A stretch of DNA of 64,000 bases from a virus, in IMG/VR virus record IMGVR_UViG_3300027976_000020, positions 15,570 to 79,569 of that record; one strand, given 5' to 3'. The translations under genes and the position numbers were made by a program. Within the stretch, counting starts at the first letter, position 1. Each line of letters starts with the position of its first letter. Of the stretch, positions 38,849 to 47,233 are shown in pieces. The notes below the pieces were generated by a model that saw nothing but the letters and a program-made list of their open reading frames with translations, searched no databases and was not told the origin of the DNA.

Positions 38849-39496
38849 ATGGCTCGTTATCTACAAGAGCATCTTAGCTTCTCGCAAGCGCAGGTAAAAC
38901 TGCTGAGCGAGGACGCCGCCGATGGCTCTGGTAAGACCCTTTACATGCAAGGTATTTGTATTGAAGGTGACAAACGTAACGCCAACGAAAGAATATACCC
39001 GGCTCATGAGATCCGCAAAGCAGTTGGCACTATCAATGAACAACTTGAAAATGGCAATTCGGTATTAGGCGAAGTAGATCATCCCGATGATCTCAAAATT
39101 AACTTAGACCGTGTCAGCCACATGATAGATAAAATGTGGTGCGACGGCTCAATAGGTTATGGAAAATTAAAAATATTACCAACGCCAATGGGACAACTGG
39201 TTAAAACCATGTTGGACAGCGGTGTTAAATTAGGTGTTTCAAGTCGTGGATCAGGAAATGTCGACGACCGAACAGGACATGTTAGTGACTTTGAAATAGT
39301 CACTGTAGATGTAGTTGCACAACCCAGTGCTCCAAATGCATACCCAACAGCAATTTACGAAGGACTCATGAATATGAAGTACGGACATAGATTATTAGAA
39401 GTGGCAAAAGAAGCTGGGTCGGACAACAAGGTACAAAGATATTTGAAAAGCGGAATAGTAAAGCTGATCAAAGATCTTAAAATTAGGGAGGAATAA
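38849..39496 (+). CDS. Prohead core protease (T4 gp21-like)
   Basis: RNANERIYP, LGEVDHP, VSH, LGVSSRGSG, DVVAQPSAPNA. Confidence 0.95.
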   Translation: MARYLQEHLSFSQAQVKLLSEDAADGSGKTLYMQGICIEGDKRNANERIYPAHEIRKAVGTINEQLENGNSVLGEVDHPDDLKINLDRVSHMIDKMWCDGSIGYGKLKILPTPMGQLVKTMLDSGVKLGVSSRGSGNVDDRTGHVSDFEIVTVDVVAQPSAPNAYPTAIYEGLMNMKYGHRLLEVAKEAGSDNKVQRYLKSGIVKLIKDLKIREE

Positions 39497-39498
39497 GC

Positions 39499-40599
39499 AT
39501 GTTAGATGCTATTAAACCGTTACTAGATAGCGACTTGATCACCGAGGAAACTCGCCAGGAGATCTCTGAAGCTTGGGAAGCCAAGATGACAGAAGCTCGT
39601 GAACAAGTTCGTGCAGAACTACGTGAAGAGTTCGCACAACGCTACGAGCATGACAAAACAGTGATGGTGGAAGCCCTAGATCGTATGGTAACAGAAGGTC
39701 TTACAACTGAGATCCGAGCAATTGCAGCTGAAAAGCAAGCAATTACAGAAGATCGTGTCAAATTCAATGGCAAAATGAAGGAATCCGCAACGAAGTTCAA
39801 CAGCTTCATGGTTTCTAAATTAGCCGAAGAAATTGGCGAGTTGCGCAAAGATCGTAAGCAGCACAATGAAGGTCTCCAGAAATTGGAAGGATTTATTGTG
39901 CATGCATTAGCCCGTGAAATTCAAGAATTTGCAACTGACAAACGTGAAGTTGTAGAAACAAAAGTTCGTTTAGTTCGCGAAGCACGTGGCCAATTAGAAT
40001 CATTGAAGCGCCGTTTTGTAAAAGAATCAGCACAGAAAATGAGTCAATCTGTAAGCCGTCATCTAAAGGCAGAACTCAGTCAATTACAAGAAGACATCAA
40101 AGTTGCTCGTGAGAACAATTTTGGTCGTCGTATCTTTGAAGCATATGCAAGTGAATTTGGTGCTACCCATCTCAATGAGAAAGCAGAAGTACGCAAGTTG
40201 CACGACACAATTGCAAACAAAGATGCCAAGTTGTCTGAAGCCATCAAACTTATTAAGACTGCAAAAGTTCTTAATGAGAGTAAAGAGCGTGAAATACGCA
40301 TGATCAAAGAGTCAAATGAGCGTCAAGCTACATTGGATAATTTGCTGGCCCCTTTGAACAAGGAAAAAGCCGAAGTCATGAGTAATTTACTCGAAAGCGT
40401 ACAAACATCACGTTTGAAAAGCGCGTTTGAAAAGTATCTTCCAGCTGTTCTAACAGACCGCTCTGTAAAAGCTAACAAAGTAATTACAGAATCCGTGTCC
40501 GAAGTCACTGGCGATAAATCTGCCCGTAGCCAATATGTAGATGAAGTTGCTGACAACAGCAATGTAATTGACATCAAGCGGTTGGCAGGGTTGAATTAA
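39499..40599 (+). CDS. Prohead scaffold protein (T4 gp22-like)
   Basis: Coiled-coil, E/K-rich, FGRRIFEA motif; lies between protease and MCP. Confidence 0.85.
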   Translation: MLDAIKPLLDSDLITEETRQEISEAWEAKMTEAREQVRAELREEFAQRYEHDKTVMVEALDRMVTEGLTTEIRAIAAEKQAITEDRVKFNGKMKESATKFNSFMVSKLAEEIGELRKDRKQHNEGLQKLEGFIVHALAREIQEFATDKREVVETKVRLVREARGQLESLKRRFVKESAQKMSQSVSRHLKAELSQLQEDIKVARENNFGRRIFEAYASEFGATHLNEKAEVRKLHDTIANKDAKLSEAIKLIKTAKVLNESKEREIRMIKESNERQATLDNLLAPLNKEKAEVMSNLLESVQTSRLKSAFEKYLPAVLTDRSVKANKVITESVSEVTGDKSARSQYVDEVADNSNVIDIKRLAGLN

Positions 40600-40617
40600 T
40601 TTTAAAGGAGACATTAA

Positions 40618-41826
40618 ATGTCACAACAATTATTAGAAGGTCGCTGGGACGAGACCAAGGAAGCACTACTTGAAGGTCTAAACGGTTCCAAGCGCAGTAG
40701 TATGAACGTTATTCTTGAGAATACACGCAAGTACTTGAAAGAAAATGCAAGTGCTGGTAGTACAGCAGCTGGTAACATCGCTACATTAAACCGTGTGATT
40801 CTTCCAGTTATCCGACGTGTCATGCCAACAGTTATTGCTAACGAGTTGGTTGGTGTTCAGCCAATGACAGGTCCAGTTGGACAAATCCACACACTGCGTG
40901 TACGTTACGCTGCTGGCTTGACAGACAACTCAGCAGCCGGTACTTCAGTTGCTGCCGGACAAGAAGCGTTGAGCCCATTCACAATTGCTACAGCTTATTC
41001 ATCAAGCCCAGCTGCTGCAAACAATGGTGCCACAACAACCACCAACTACCAAGGTGCTAGTACAGCTAGCATGGAAGGTAATGGCGGTAAGACAGTTTCA
41101 GTACAAATCTTGAAGCAAGCAGTTGAAGCCAAGACACGTAAATTGCAAGCTCGTTGGACATTTGAATCTGCACAAGACGCACAAGCCATGCATGGTATTG
41201 ACGTTGAAGCAGAGATTATGGCTGCACTAGCACAAGAAATTACAGCTGAAATTGACCAAGAGATTCTCTTGAGCTTGAGCAGTTTGGCTGCCACTGAGTA
41301 CACATACAACCAAGCTACTGTATCAGGTACAGCTACATTTGTTGGTGACGAGCACGCTGCTTTGGCTGTTCTAATCAACCGTGTTGCCAACTTGATTGCA
41401 CAACGCACACGTCGTGGTGCTGGTAACTGGGCTGTAGTTAGTCCAGCTAGTTTGACAGTGCTACAAAGTGCTACAACTAGTGCGTTTGCTCGTACTACAG
41501 AAGGCACATTCGAAGCACCTACAAACACCAAGTTTGTTGGTACATTGAACGGTGCAATGCGTGTGTTTGTCAACAGCTACGCTACAGACTCAAGTCCAGT
41601 TCTAGTTGGATACAAGGGTTCTAGTGAAGCTGATGCAGCTGCGTTCTATTGCCCATACATTCCATTGATGAGCAGTGGAGTTGTGTTGGATCCATCAACG
41701 TTCGAACCAGTCGTGAGTTTTATGACTCGTTATGGCTTCGTGGAATTGACAAATACTGCAAGTTCGTTTGGTAATGCTGCCGATTATGTCGGGGAAATTG
41801 CCGTTCAAAACTTGTCTTTCTCTTAA
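40618..41826 (+). CDS. Major capsid protein (T4 gp23-like)
   Basis: RRVMP..IA..LVGVQPMTGPVGQI, VEAKTRKLQARWT.E.AQD..A.HG.D.E, FYCPYIPL, P...FMTRYG. Confidence 0.97.
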   Translation: MSQQLLEGRWDETKEALLEGLNGSKRSSMNVILENTRKYLKENASAGSTAAGNIATLNRVILPVIRRVMPTVIANELVGVQPMTGPVGQIHTLRVRYAAGLTDNSAAGTSVAAGQEALSPFTIATAYSSSPAAANNGATTTTNYQGASTASMEGNGGKTVSVQILKQAVEAKTRKLQARWTFESAQDAQAMHGIDVEAEIMAALAQEITAEIDQEILLSLSSLAATEYTYNQATVSGTATFVGDEHAALAVLINRVANLIAQRTRRGAGNWAVVSPASLTVLQSATTSAFARTTEGTFEAPTNTKFVGTLNGAMRVFVNSYATDSSPVLVGYKGSSEADAAAFYCPYIPLMSSGVVLDPSTFEPVVSFMTRYGFVELTNTASSFGNAADYVGEIAVQNLSFS

Positions 41827-41849
41827 TCCAGAAAGTTTGTTCGTATTAC

Positions 41850-41874
41850 AAAAACCCACTTCGGTGGGTTTTTT
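41850..41874 (+). terminator. Rho-independent terminator after MCP
   Basis: AAAAACCCAC-TTCG-GTGGGTTTTTT. Confidence 0.9.
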
Positions 41875-41940
41875 GTTGACCAAAATATCTATTGGTGTTA
41901 GTATAGTAGGTGAAGTTGCGGTACAGGACTAAATACTATT

Positions 41941-42666
41941 ATGAAACTAATACACGAAATAAAACCATACACATACTTGATCCGGTGCAAAGTAACCGGA
42001 GAAGTATATTATGGAAGCAGAACCAAGAATGTAAAACTCAAAAGAACCCCTGCAGAGGACTTGATGCTGTACTATCAAACAAGTAGTAAACTTGTTAAGA
42101 ACATGATACAACATCACGGGATAGAAAACTTTGAGTGGGAAGTACGCAGAACCTTTGACGACGTCAATACTACCGGGCTGTGGGAGAACAGAGTGTTGCG
42201 TCGTTGCCGGGTATTAGAAAATGATATCTGGTTAAATGCAAATCTAGCTAGTAAAAAAGAACTTACAAAAGCCGGTGCTAAAATAATCAGCAAAATTCAC
42301 AAGGATAAGCCTAAGTCAGAAGAACATAAAAAAAATTTAAGTACTTCTCAAAAAGGTAAACCCAAAAAATCAACAGTGTATCAAAGTGAAGACTATCGAA
42401 GAAACATGTCTAAACTAAAATCCGGCCCAGGCAATGCTATGTACGGAAAACCCTGTTCGGAAGAAAGAGCTGCAAACATCAGTGCCGCTAAAAAAGCGCA
42501 AAACTTAACAGCCTATAATAAAGATATTCCAATGACACAAGCACAAAAAGACAAAATAGCCGCTACTAAAGAAAAAAATAAAGTTATGCTAACCTGTGAA
42601 GTATGTGGCAAAACTATGCGTCAATCCAACTTCAAACAATACGGGCACGGACCCAACTGCACATGA
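41941..42666 (+). CDS. Free-standing GIY-YIG (Seg-like) homing endonuclease with NUMOD3-type repeats
   Basis: YTYLI......VYYGSR, Y.TSS, KSEEHKKNLS, GNAMYGK..SEE, C-terminal CEVC...H...C; TAAATA 5 nt upstream. Confidence 0.78.
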   Translation: MKLIHEIKPYTYLIRCKVTGEVYYGSRTKNVKLKRTPAEDLMLYYQTSSKLVKNMIQHHGIENFEWEVRRTFDDVNTTGLWENRVLRRCRVLENDIWLNANLASKKELTKAGAKIISKIHKDKPKSEEHKKNLSTSQKGKPKKSTVYQSEDYRRNMSKLKSGPGNAMYGKPCSEERAANISAAKKAQNLTAYNKDIPMTQAQKDKIAATKEKNKVMLTCEVCGKTMRQSNFKQYGHGPNCT

Positions 42667-42681
42667 AATAATAAATACCGC

Positions 42682-42981
42682 ATGTCCAATCCACCACCAC
42701 CCTACACTGACATCACCGGCATAAGTCGTGCTGTGATGAAAGACAATGCACAGGTCAACATCACTGACTACAACGGCTCGGCTCGACCCAGCGAGCTGGT
42801 GGTCAGTCAAACGGATCAAACCATCTATGTGGGCAATGCCAGCGGCAGCTTGACACAGGTCATGCAAGTCACCGGAGCAGGTGTATTTTTAGGCAATGTG
42901 CGATCAGTCACAGATGTGACCGGGCTAAAACAAGTGTACATTGATCCTGTGACCGGCGAACTTGTGTACCACAACATTTGA
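42682..42981 (+). CDS. Small hypothetical virion protein
   Basis: 99 aa; late TAAATA at 42672-42677; ELVV....IYVGN resembles fibre N-terminal modules. Confidence 0.65.
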   Translation: MSNPPPPYTDITGISRAVMKDNAQVNITDYNGSARPSELVVSQTDQTIYVGNASGSLTQVMQVTGAGVFLGNVRSVTDVTGLKQVYIDPVTGELVYHNI

Positions 42982-42989
42982 AATATCTC

Positions 42990-43127
42990 ATGATCACGCA
43001 AATAAAATACTCAGGATTGTTTCCAGAGCCACACCCCAGCCCTGTGGGCACAACGCAGGGTCTCAATCAACCAAAATCCACACCGGTGCCACCGGTTCCG
43101 GTTGTGCAACAGCCAGTTAAATCTTAA
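42990..43127 (+). CDS. Small Pro-rich hypothetical ORF (45 aa)
   Basis: MITQIKYSGLFPEPHPSPVGTTQGLNQPKSTPVPPVPVVQQPVKS; starts 8 nt after the previous stop; below the ORF-track cutoff. Confidence 0.4.
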   Translation: MITQIKYSGLFPEPHPSPVGTTQGLNQPKSTPVPPVPVVQQPVKS

Positions 43128-44277
43128 ACAGCTTCAAGTGCAAGTTGATTTTCGTCACAACTGACGCCCAGTCACCCATTGTGGGTTGGCGGAACAATCT
43201 GGCTGTGGCATACCAAGGAGTGTCGTCTCTATTCAGCAACCAGCGCCAACACGGTGCATAGTTGTTCAACATGATCCAAGTGGGTTTGCCCAGTGACGCA
43301 CTCAAGTGTGCTGTGGCAGTGTCCACACTGACAACCACGTCAAGATTTGCAATCAATCCGGCTGTGTCGGCAAATGCAGATGTGCCGCCCGGGAAGCAAT
43401 GAACACCCGCGCTGACAAGTTTTTGTTGTTCTTCTGCTGTGCAATCAGATTGCAAGTTGTACCAGTCATAATTGGGATTTGATTCAACCAGTTCAATCAT
43501 TTTCTCAAACGGCATTGCTTTGTGTTGGTTGATCCAACTGTCGCGTCTGCCACTCCATGCAAAACCCACACGCAGCTTTGTTTTGGCACCTAGATTTCTA
43601 CGCCATTCGTCAACCAATTGTCGTCCCGGATCCAAATATTGAATAGTTGTGGGCAAGTTTTCAACCCGTACGTTTATTTTTCCAGGAATACTCATCAAAG
43701 GAATCCAATAATCAAAGTGTTCACCTGGATCTTGGTTATAGGTCAGTACTTGGACTCCTTGCCCCACGCCACTTGACTGTATCAACGATACCATGGCGTC
43801 AGTAACTTGTATGGTCACAGCAGCACCAATGTTCTTCAAATTCTGCACAAAGCGCACAAACTGAATAATATCGCCATGTCCTTGTTCTCCACGTACAAAA
43901 ATACGTTTGCCTTGCAAGTCCTCGCTGTTCCAAACTGGCCAAGGATATTCTGGCAGTGTGCCTTTCATGTGTTCAAAGTTGTGTCGTGCTTCGTATGCAG
44001 GCCATCCACGTGCGTAGTCACCGCTCATTAAATACGCAACAGCAAGATTAAAGTGGTTGGTCACAGTATTGCTATCAAGTTGTACAGCACGCTGGTTGAA
44101 CGGAATAGCACCCGCAGGGTCTCCCAGTTCTCTCAACACATTGCCGTAGTTGTTGAATGCACTGGCAGAGTATCTGTCTCGGACCATGGCATGCATGTAC
44201 TGCTGTAATGCTAGCTCGGGTTGATGTTGTTCTCTAAAAGTGTTGCCTTGGGCAATAAGGAATTCTGTATTTTGCAT
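43117..44277 (-). CDS. TPR-repeat protein fused to GT-B (GT9-like) glycosyltransferase domain
   Basis: TPRs (AFNNYGNVLRELG, HFNLA..YL..GDY..GW..YEAR), EQGHGDIIQFVRF, LDVVVSVDTATAHL..SLGKPTW, WRWLL.R.D.PWY; start ATG 44277 with TAAATA 5 nt upstream. Confidence 0.85.
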   Translation of the reverse strand: MQNTEFLIAQGNTFREQHQPELALQQYMHAMVRDRYSASAFNNYGNVLRELGDPAGAIPFNQRAVQLDSNTVTNHFNLAVAYLMSGDYARGWPAYEARHNFEHMKGTLPEYPWPVWNSEDLQGKRIFVRGEQGHGDIIQFVRFVQNLKNIGAAVTIQVTDAMVSLIQSSGVGQGVQVLTYNQDPGEHFDYWIPLMSIPGKINVRVENLPTTIQYLDPGRQLVDEWRRNLGAKTKLRVGFAWSGRRDSWINQHKAMPFEKMIELVESNPNYDWYNLQSDCTAEEQQKLVSAGVHCFPGGTSAFADTAGLIANLDVVVSVDTATAHLSASLGKPTWIMLNNYAPCWRWLLNRDDTPWYATARLFRQPTMGDWASVVTKINLHLKLFKI

Positions 44278-44282
44278 GACAA

Positions 44283-44331
44283 TATTTACACAGCTTTTTA
44301 GCCAGGTTAAAAATACTATTGTGGCTAAATA
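44283..44331. promoter_or_regulatory. Back-to-back late promoters
   Basis: Minus-strand TAAATA 44283-44288; plus-strand TAAATA 44326-44331. Confidence 0.6.
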
Positions 44332-44418
44332 CTTGTCAACACAATACGGTGTTTTATGCGGCACACCAGCCGCGTAGTAGCTAGAACCTACATCGGACTT
44401 CTTTAAGGAGAAAACAAC

Positions 44419-45213
44419 ATGGGACGTCCTCTAAAAATTCAAAAATACAACGTAGTCACATCAACACCAATTGATCAAGGCTATGCTCCATTTGGTGCTC
44501 CCACTTCAATGGACACAAGTACTGTTGTACTTCCACAACCAATTACACTACCGTTTCCATTCAGTGGAGTAGTCGGCGGCATTGACAGTGCAGGCGTCAG
44601 CGCTACATATCCTATTGTTTCTGTAACAGTGAATATTGTAAACAGCTTCTCTGGTGCAGCCGCAGGCGCAATTATTCGTCAGAAAGGTGCTCGTAAGTAT
44701 CTAGTGGCAACCACAACTCCTATTGATCCTGCAAACGCAGTAGTGGGTGTTGCTCTTCAAATTGCAGCGGTTGGCAACACAGACTGGCAAGCAATGGGCG
44801 CGCCATACGGTGCTGCAATTGGTACACTGTTTACCCCAACAGTGGCCTCTGCAGGTGGTTCAACTGGTACAGCATTCGAAGTTGGTCAGTGCGTGTTGGC
44901 AGCCGCTGCGATTCCAACTGCTGGCAATATGAACATTGCTATGGCAGTTGCTGACGACAGTACCAACGTTTTCATCAGCAAGTTGACCAACAAGTTTGTG
45001 CAAGACTTCAACGGTGGCGGCGCCGGCGGTGTTGCTAGTACTGGCGATGTATGGGATTACGCTGCTACAGTTGACAACATTGACTACGCAGCCAACTTCT
45101 TCACTGATTCGTCAACATTTGCCAAGTCAGGCGCAGAAGTTTCTACATGGGCCGGAACCCAGCAAAACAGCAATGGCACATTGGGCCTAGCACAAGTTGA
45201 CAGTACAACCTAA
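44419..45213 (+). CDS. Virion structural protein (hypothetical, probably abundant)
   Basis: TAAGGAG SD; MGRPLK start, IIRQKG.RKYLV motif; own promoter and terminator. Confidence 0.7.
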   Translation: MGRPLKIQKYNVVTSTPIDQGYAPFGAPTSMDTSTVVLPQPITLPFPFSGVVGGIDSAGVSATYPIVSVTVNIVNSFSGAAAGAIIRQKGARKYLVATTTPIDPANAVVGVALQIAAVGNTDWQAMGAPYGAAIGTLFTPTVASAGGSTGTAFEVGQCVLAAAAIPTAGNMNIAMAVADDSTNVFISKLTNKFVQDFNGGGAGGVASTGDVWDYAATVDNIDYAANFFTDSSTFAKSGAEVSTWAGTQQNSNGTLGLAQVDSTT

Positions 45214-45242
45214 TACGTTAGTTACTTAATTTTCAACACTTG

Positions 45243-45275
45243 ATCCCCGCAGTTAAATACCGTGGGGATTTTTTT
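45243..45275 (+). terminator. Terminator hairpin whose loop holds a TAAATA late promoter
   Basis: ATCCCCGC...TAAATA...GTGGGGAT followed by a T run. Confidence 0.6.
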
Positions 45276-45863
45276 ATGACTGTGGCATTTGTGCTTGGAA
45301 ACGGCGTTAGCAGGTCTGGCTTACCGTTGGAACATATTCAAAAACTAGGAAAAATTTACGGGTGCAATGCTCTTTATAGAGAGTTCACACCGGATGTTCT
45401 TGTGGCCACAGACCGTGCAATATCACAAAGGATACAAGAAACTGGGTATCCTGTTAAAAATAAATTTTATACTCGCAAGCCCATCGAAGGTCTTGGCGCA
45501 CACCGTGTACCGCAAGAATATTACGGATACAGTTCTGGGCCAAATGCTGTGGGCATAGCGGCAACTGATCAACATACTAAAATTTATATTATAGGGTTTG
45601 ACATGGGTCCCAGTGTACATAATCAATTCAACAACTTGTACGAAGGCACAGAGTTCTACAAACCATCAGGGTCAGCACCTACTTATACCGGAAATTGGGC
45701 AAAACAGTTGACAAAAATAACAAAAGATTTTCCTAAAACGCAGTTTATTCGTGTATGCGGCAACACCACGGCCCGTCTACCGGCACTAGATAATATTACA
45801 AATCTGACACACGAGGATTTGTCAACCTTTGTAATGCGGATAAATAATCAAAAGGATCTATAA
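45276..45863 (+). CDS. Hypothetical protein, Rossmann-like (Maf/DUF115/sialyltransferase-like motifs)
   Basis: AFVLGNGVSR, IYGCNALYR..PDVLVATD, SSG, IYIIGFD; start ATG 45276. Confidence 0.6.
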   Translation: MTVAFVLGNGVSRSGLPLEHIQKLGKIYGCNALYREFTPDVLVATDRAISQRIQETGYPVKNKFYTRKPIEGLGAHRVPQEYYGYSSGPNAVGIAATDQHTKIYIIGFDMGPSVHNQFNNLYEGTEFYKPSGSAPTYTGNWAKQLTKITKDFPKTQFIRVCGNTTARLPALDNITNLTHEDLSTFVMRINNQKDL

Positions 45864-46475
45864 ATGGCTACAGTAAAAAACACCAGCGACGACTACACTA
45901 TCACAGTGGCGGATGGCCTTGGTACGCTGACCATTAATGCCAATCTTGATGTATTTGGTAATATCACCTACATTGACTCAACTGAGCTAAGAGTCTCTGA
46001 CCCGTTTATAACAGTTGCATATGACAATAACGGCACAATACAAAGCATGGGCTTGGTGGCTCAAAAATCAACAACAACATTTGCCGGTCTGCGATTTAAC
46101 ACAGTGTCCGGTGAGTGGGAAGTTAGTCCTGCGGTTGATGCAGATGGCGGACCAATAACACCATACTCAACTATATCAACAGCTGGCCTACGCATCCTGC
46201 CAGGAGCACCTGTTAATTCAGTGCAGTACAACGGAGCAGGCAGCTTTGCAGGCGATGCAGCATTTACGTTTGATGCTGGCAACGCCAAAGTAAACATAAC
46301 AGGACAAATGGTGTTGGCAAATATTGTATCAACACCTGCTGCTACGCCAAACGTGGCAGCACTATACAACAAAGCCGAAGGTTCAGGTGGCACTGGCGTT
46401 TATGTCATAAGCCCAACTGTCAACGATGAATTGGTTAGTAAAACCAAAGCAATTGTATTTGGCATTATATTTTAA
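45864..46475 (+). CDS. Virion structural/fibre-associated protein
   Basis: L.VSDPFI, QYN..G.FAG fibre modules; C-terminal KAIVFGIIF. Confidence 0.65.
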   Translation: MATVKNTSDDYTITVADGLGTLTINANLDVFGNITYIDSTELRVSDPFITVAYDNNGTIQSMGLVAQKSTTTFAGLRFNTVSGEWEVSPAVDADGGPITPYSTISTAGLRILPGAPVNSVQYNGAGSFAGDAAFTFDAGNAKVNITGQMVLANIVSTPAATPNVAALYNKAEGSGGTGVYVISPTVNDELVSKTKAIVFGIIF

Positions 46476-46484
46476 GGAATCAAC

Positions 46485-46802
46485 ATGGCAATCACCAACA
46501 CTCGATTAGACAGCACTAATCCAACCACAGTATTTGATGCAGTGGGACAACAAGCTATCACAGTGCTGTATCTTTGTAATACAACTGCAACCACTTGCAC
46601 AGCAAATGTGTTTGTAATCAACAGCAGCGACAGTACATCGTCTGCTGATACAAATATGGTATATTCACAGCTGGAACTCACAGCAAACGAAACTTATGTG
46701 ATATCAACAGAAAAACTCATACTCAACGACAACGACTTAGTTGAAGTCGAAGCCAACATAGCAGATTGCATCACAGTAACAGTCAGCTCAATATCTGTAT
46801 AA
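46485..46802 (+). CDS. Small virion structural protein
   Basis: 105 aa, beta-rich, AAGGA SD, within the fibre operon. Confidence 0.65.
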   Translation: MAITNTRLDSTNPTTVFDAVGQQAITVLYLCNTTATTCTANVFVINSSDSTSSADTNMVYSQLELTANETYVISTEKLILNDNDLVEVEANIADCITVTVSSISV

Positions 46803-46803
46803 C

Positions 46804-47202
46804 ATGGGCAACTGGACAAAAAACCGCAGATTAGAATCAGGCAGCACTTCGGTTGTTATGCCTTCTGGCAATTCAGCAACTCGCCCTGTTGGCCCCGTTT
46901 TTGGTCAGTTTAGATTCAATACCGATGTTGCTCAAATTGAATTCTACAACGGATCAATTTGGGTTACTGTTGCAGCTGACGGCGGCATTTCCTACACGGT
47001 TGACAGTTTTGTTGGTGATGGTTCTACTATCATATTTACTATGTCAGAAGTTGAAAGTTTAGCACAACAAATTATTGTGTTTGTAGGAAGTGTTTATCAG
47101 ATACCCATTACAAACTATACCGTCGACGGCGGATTTGACATTGTGTTTGCCAGCCCGCCGCCGAACACAATGCCTATAAACGTAATTCACAGTAACAGTT
47201 AA
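46804..47202 (+). CDS. Small fibre-associated protein
   Basis: PSG..ATRP...GQFRFNT...EFYNG..W and GDGST..F modules shared with neighbouring fibres. Confidence 0.7.
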   Translation: MGNWTKNRRLESGSTSVVMPSGNSATRPVGPVFGQFRFNTDVAQIEFYNGSIWVTVAADGGISYTVDSFVGDGSTIIFTMSEVESLAQQIIVFVGSVYQIPITNYTVDGGFDIVFASPPPNTMPINVIHSNS

Positions 47203-47233
47203 CAAACTAAATACCCTGTAAGGGAAAAAATCA

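Noticed and set aside
42990-43127. 45-aa Pro-rich ORF as RiPP precursor for the radical SAM enzymes
   Set aside because: It lies about 14 kb from the cassette in a structural operon and has no leader/core pattern I can support.
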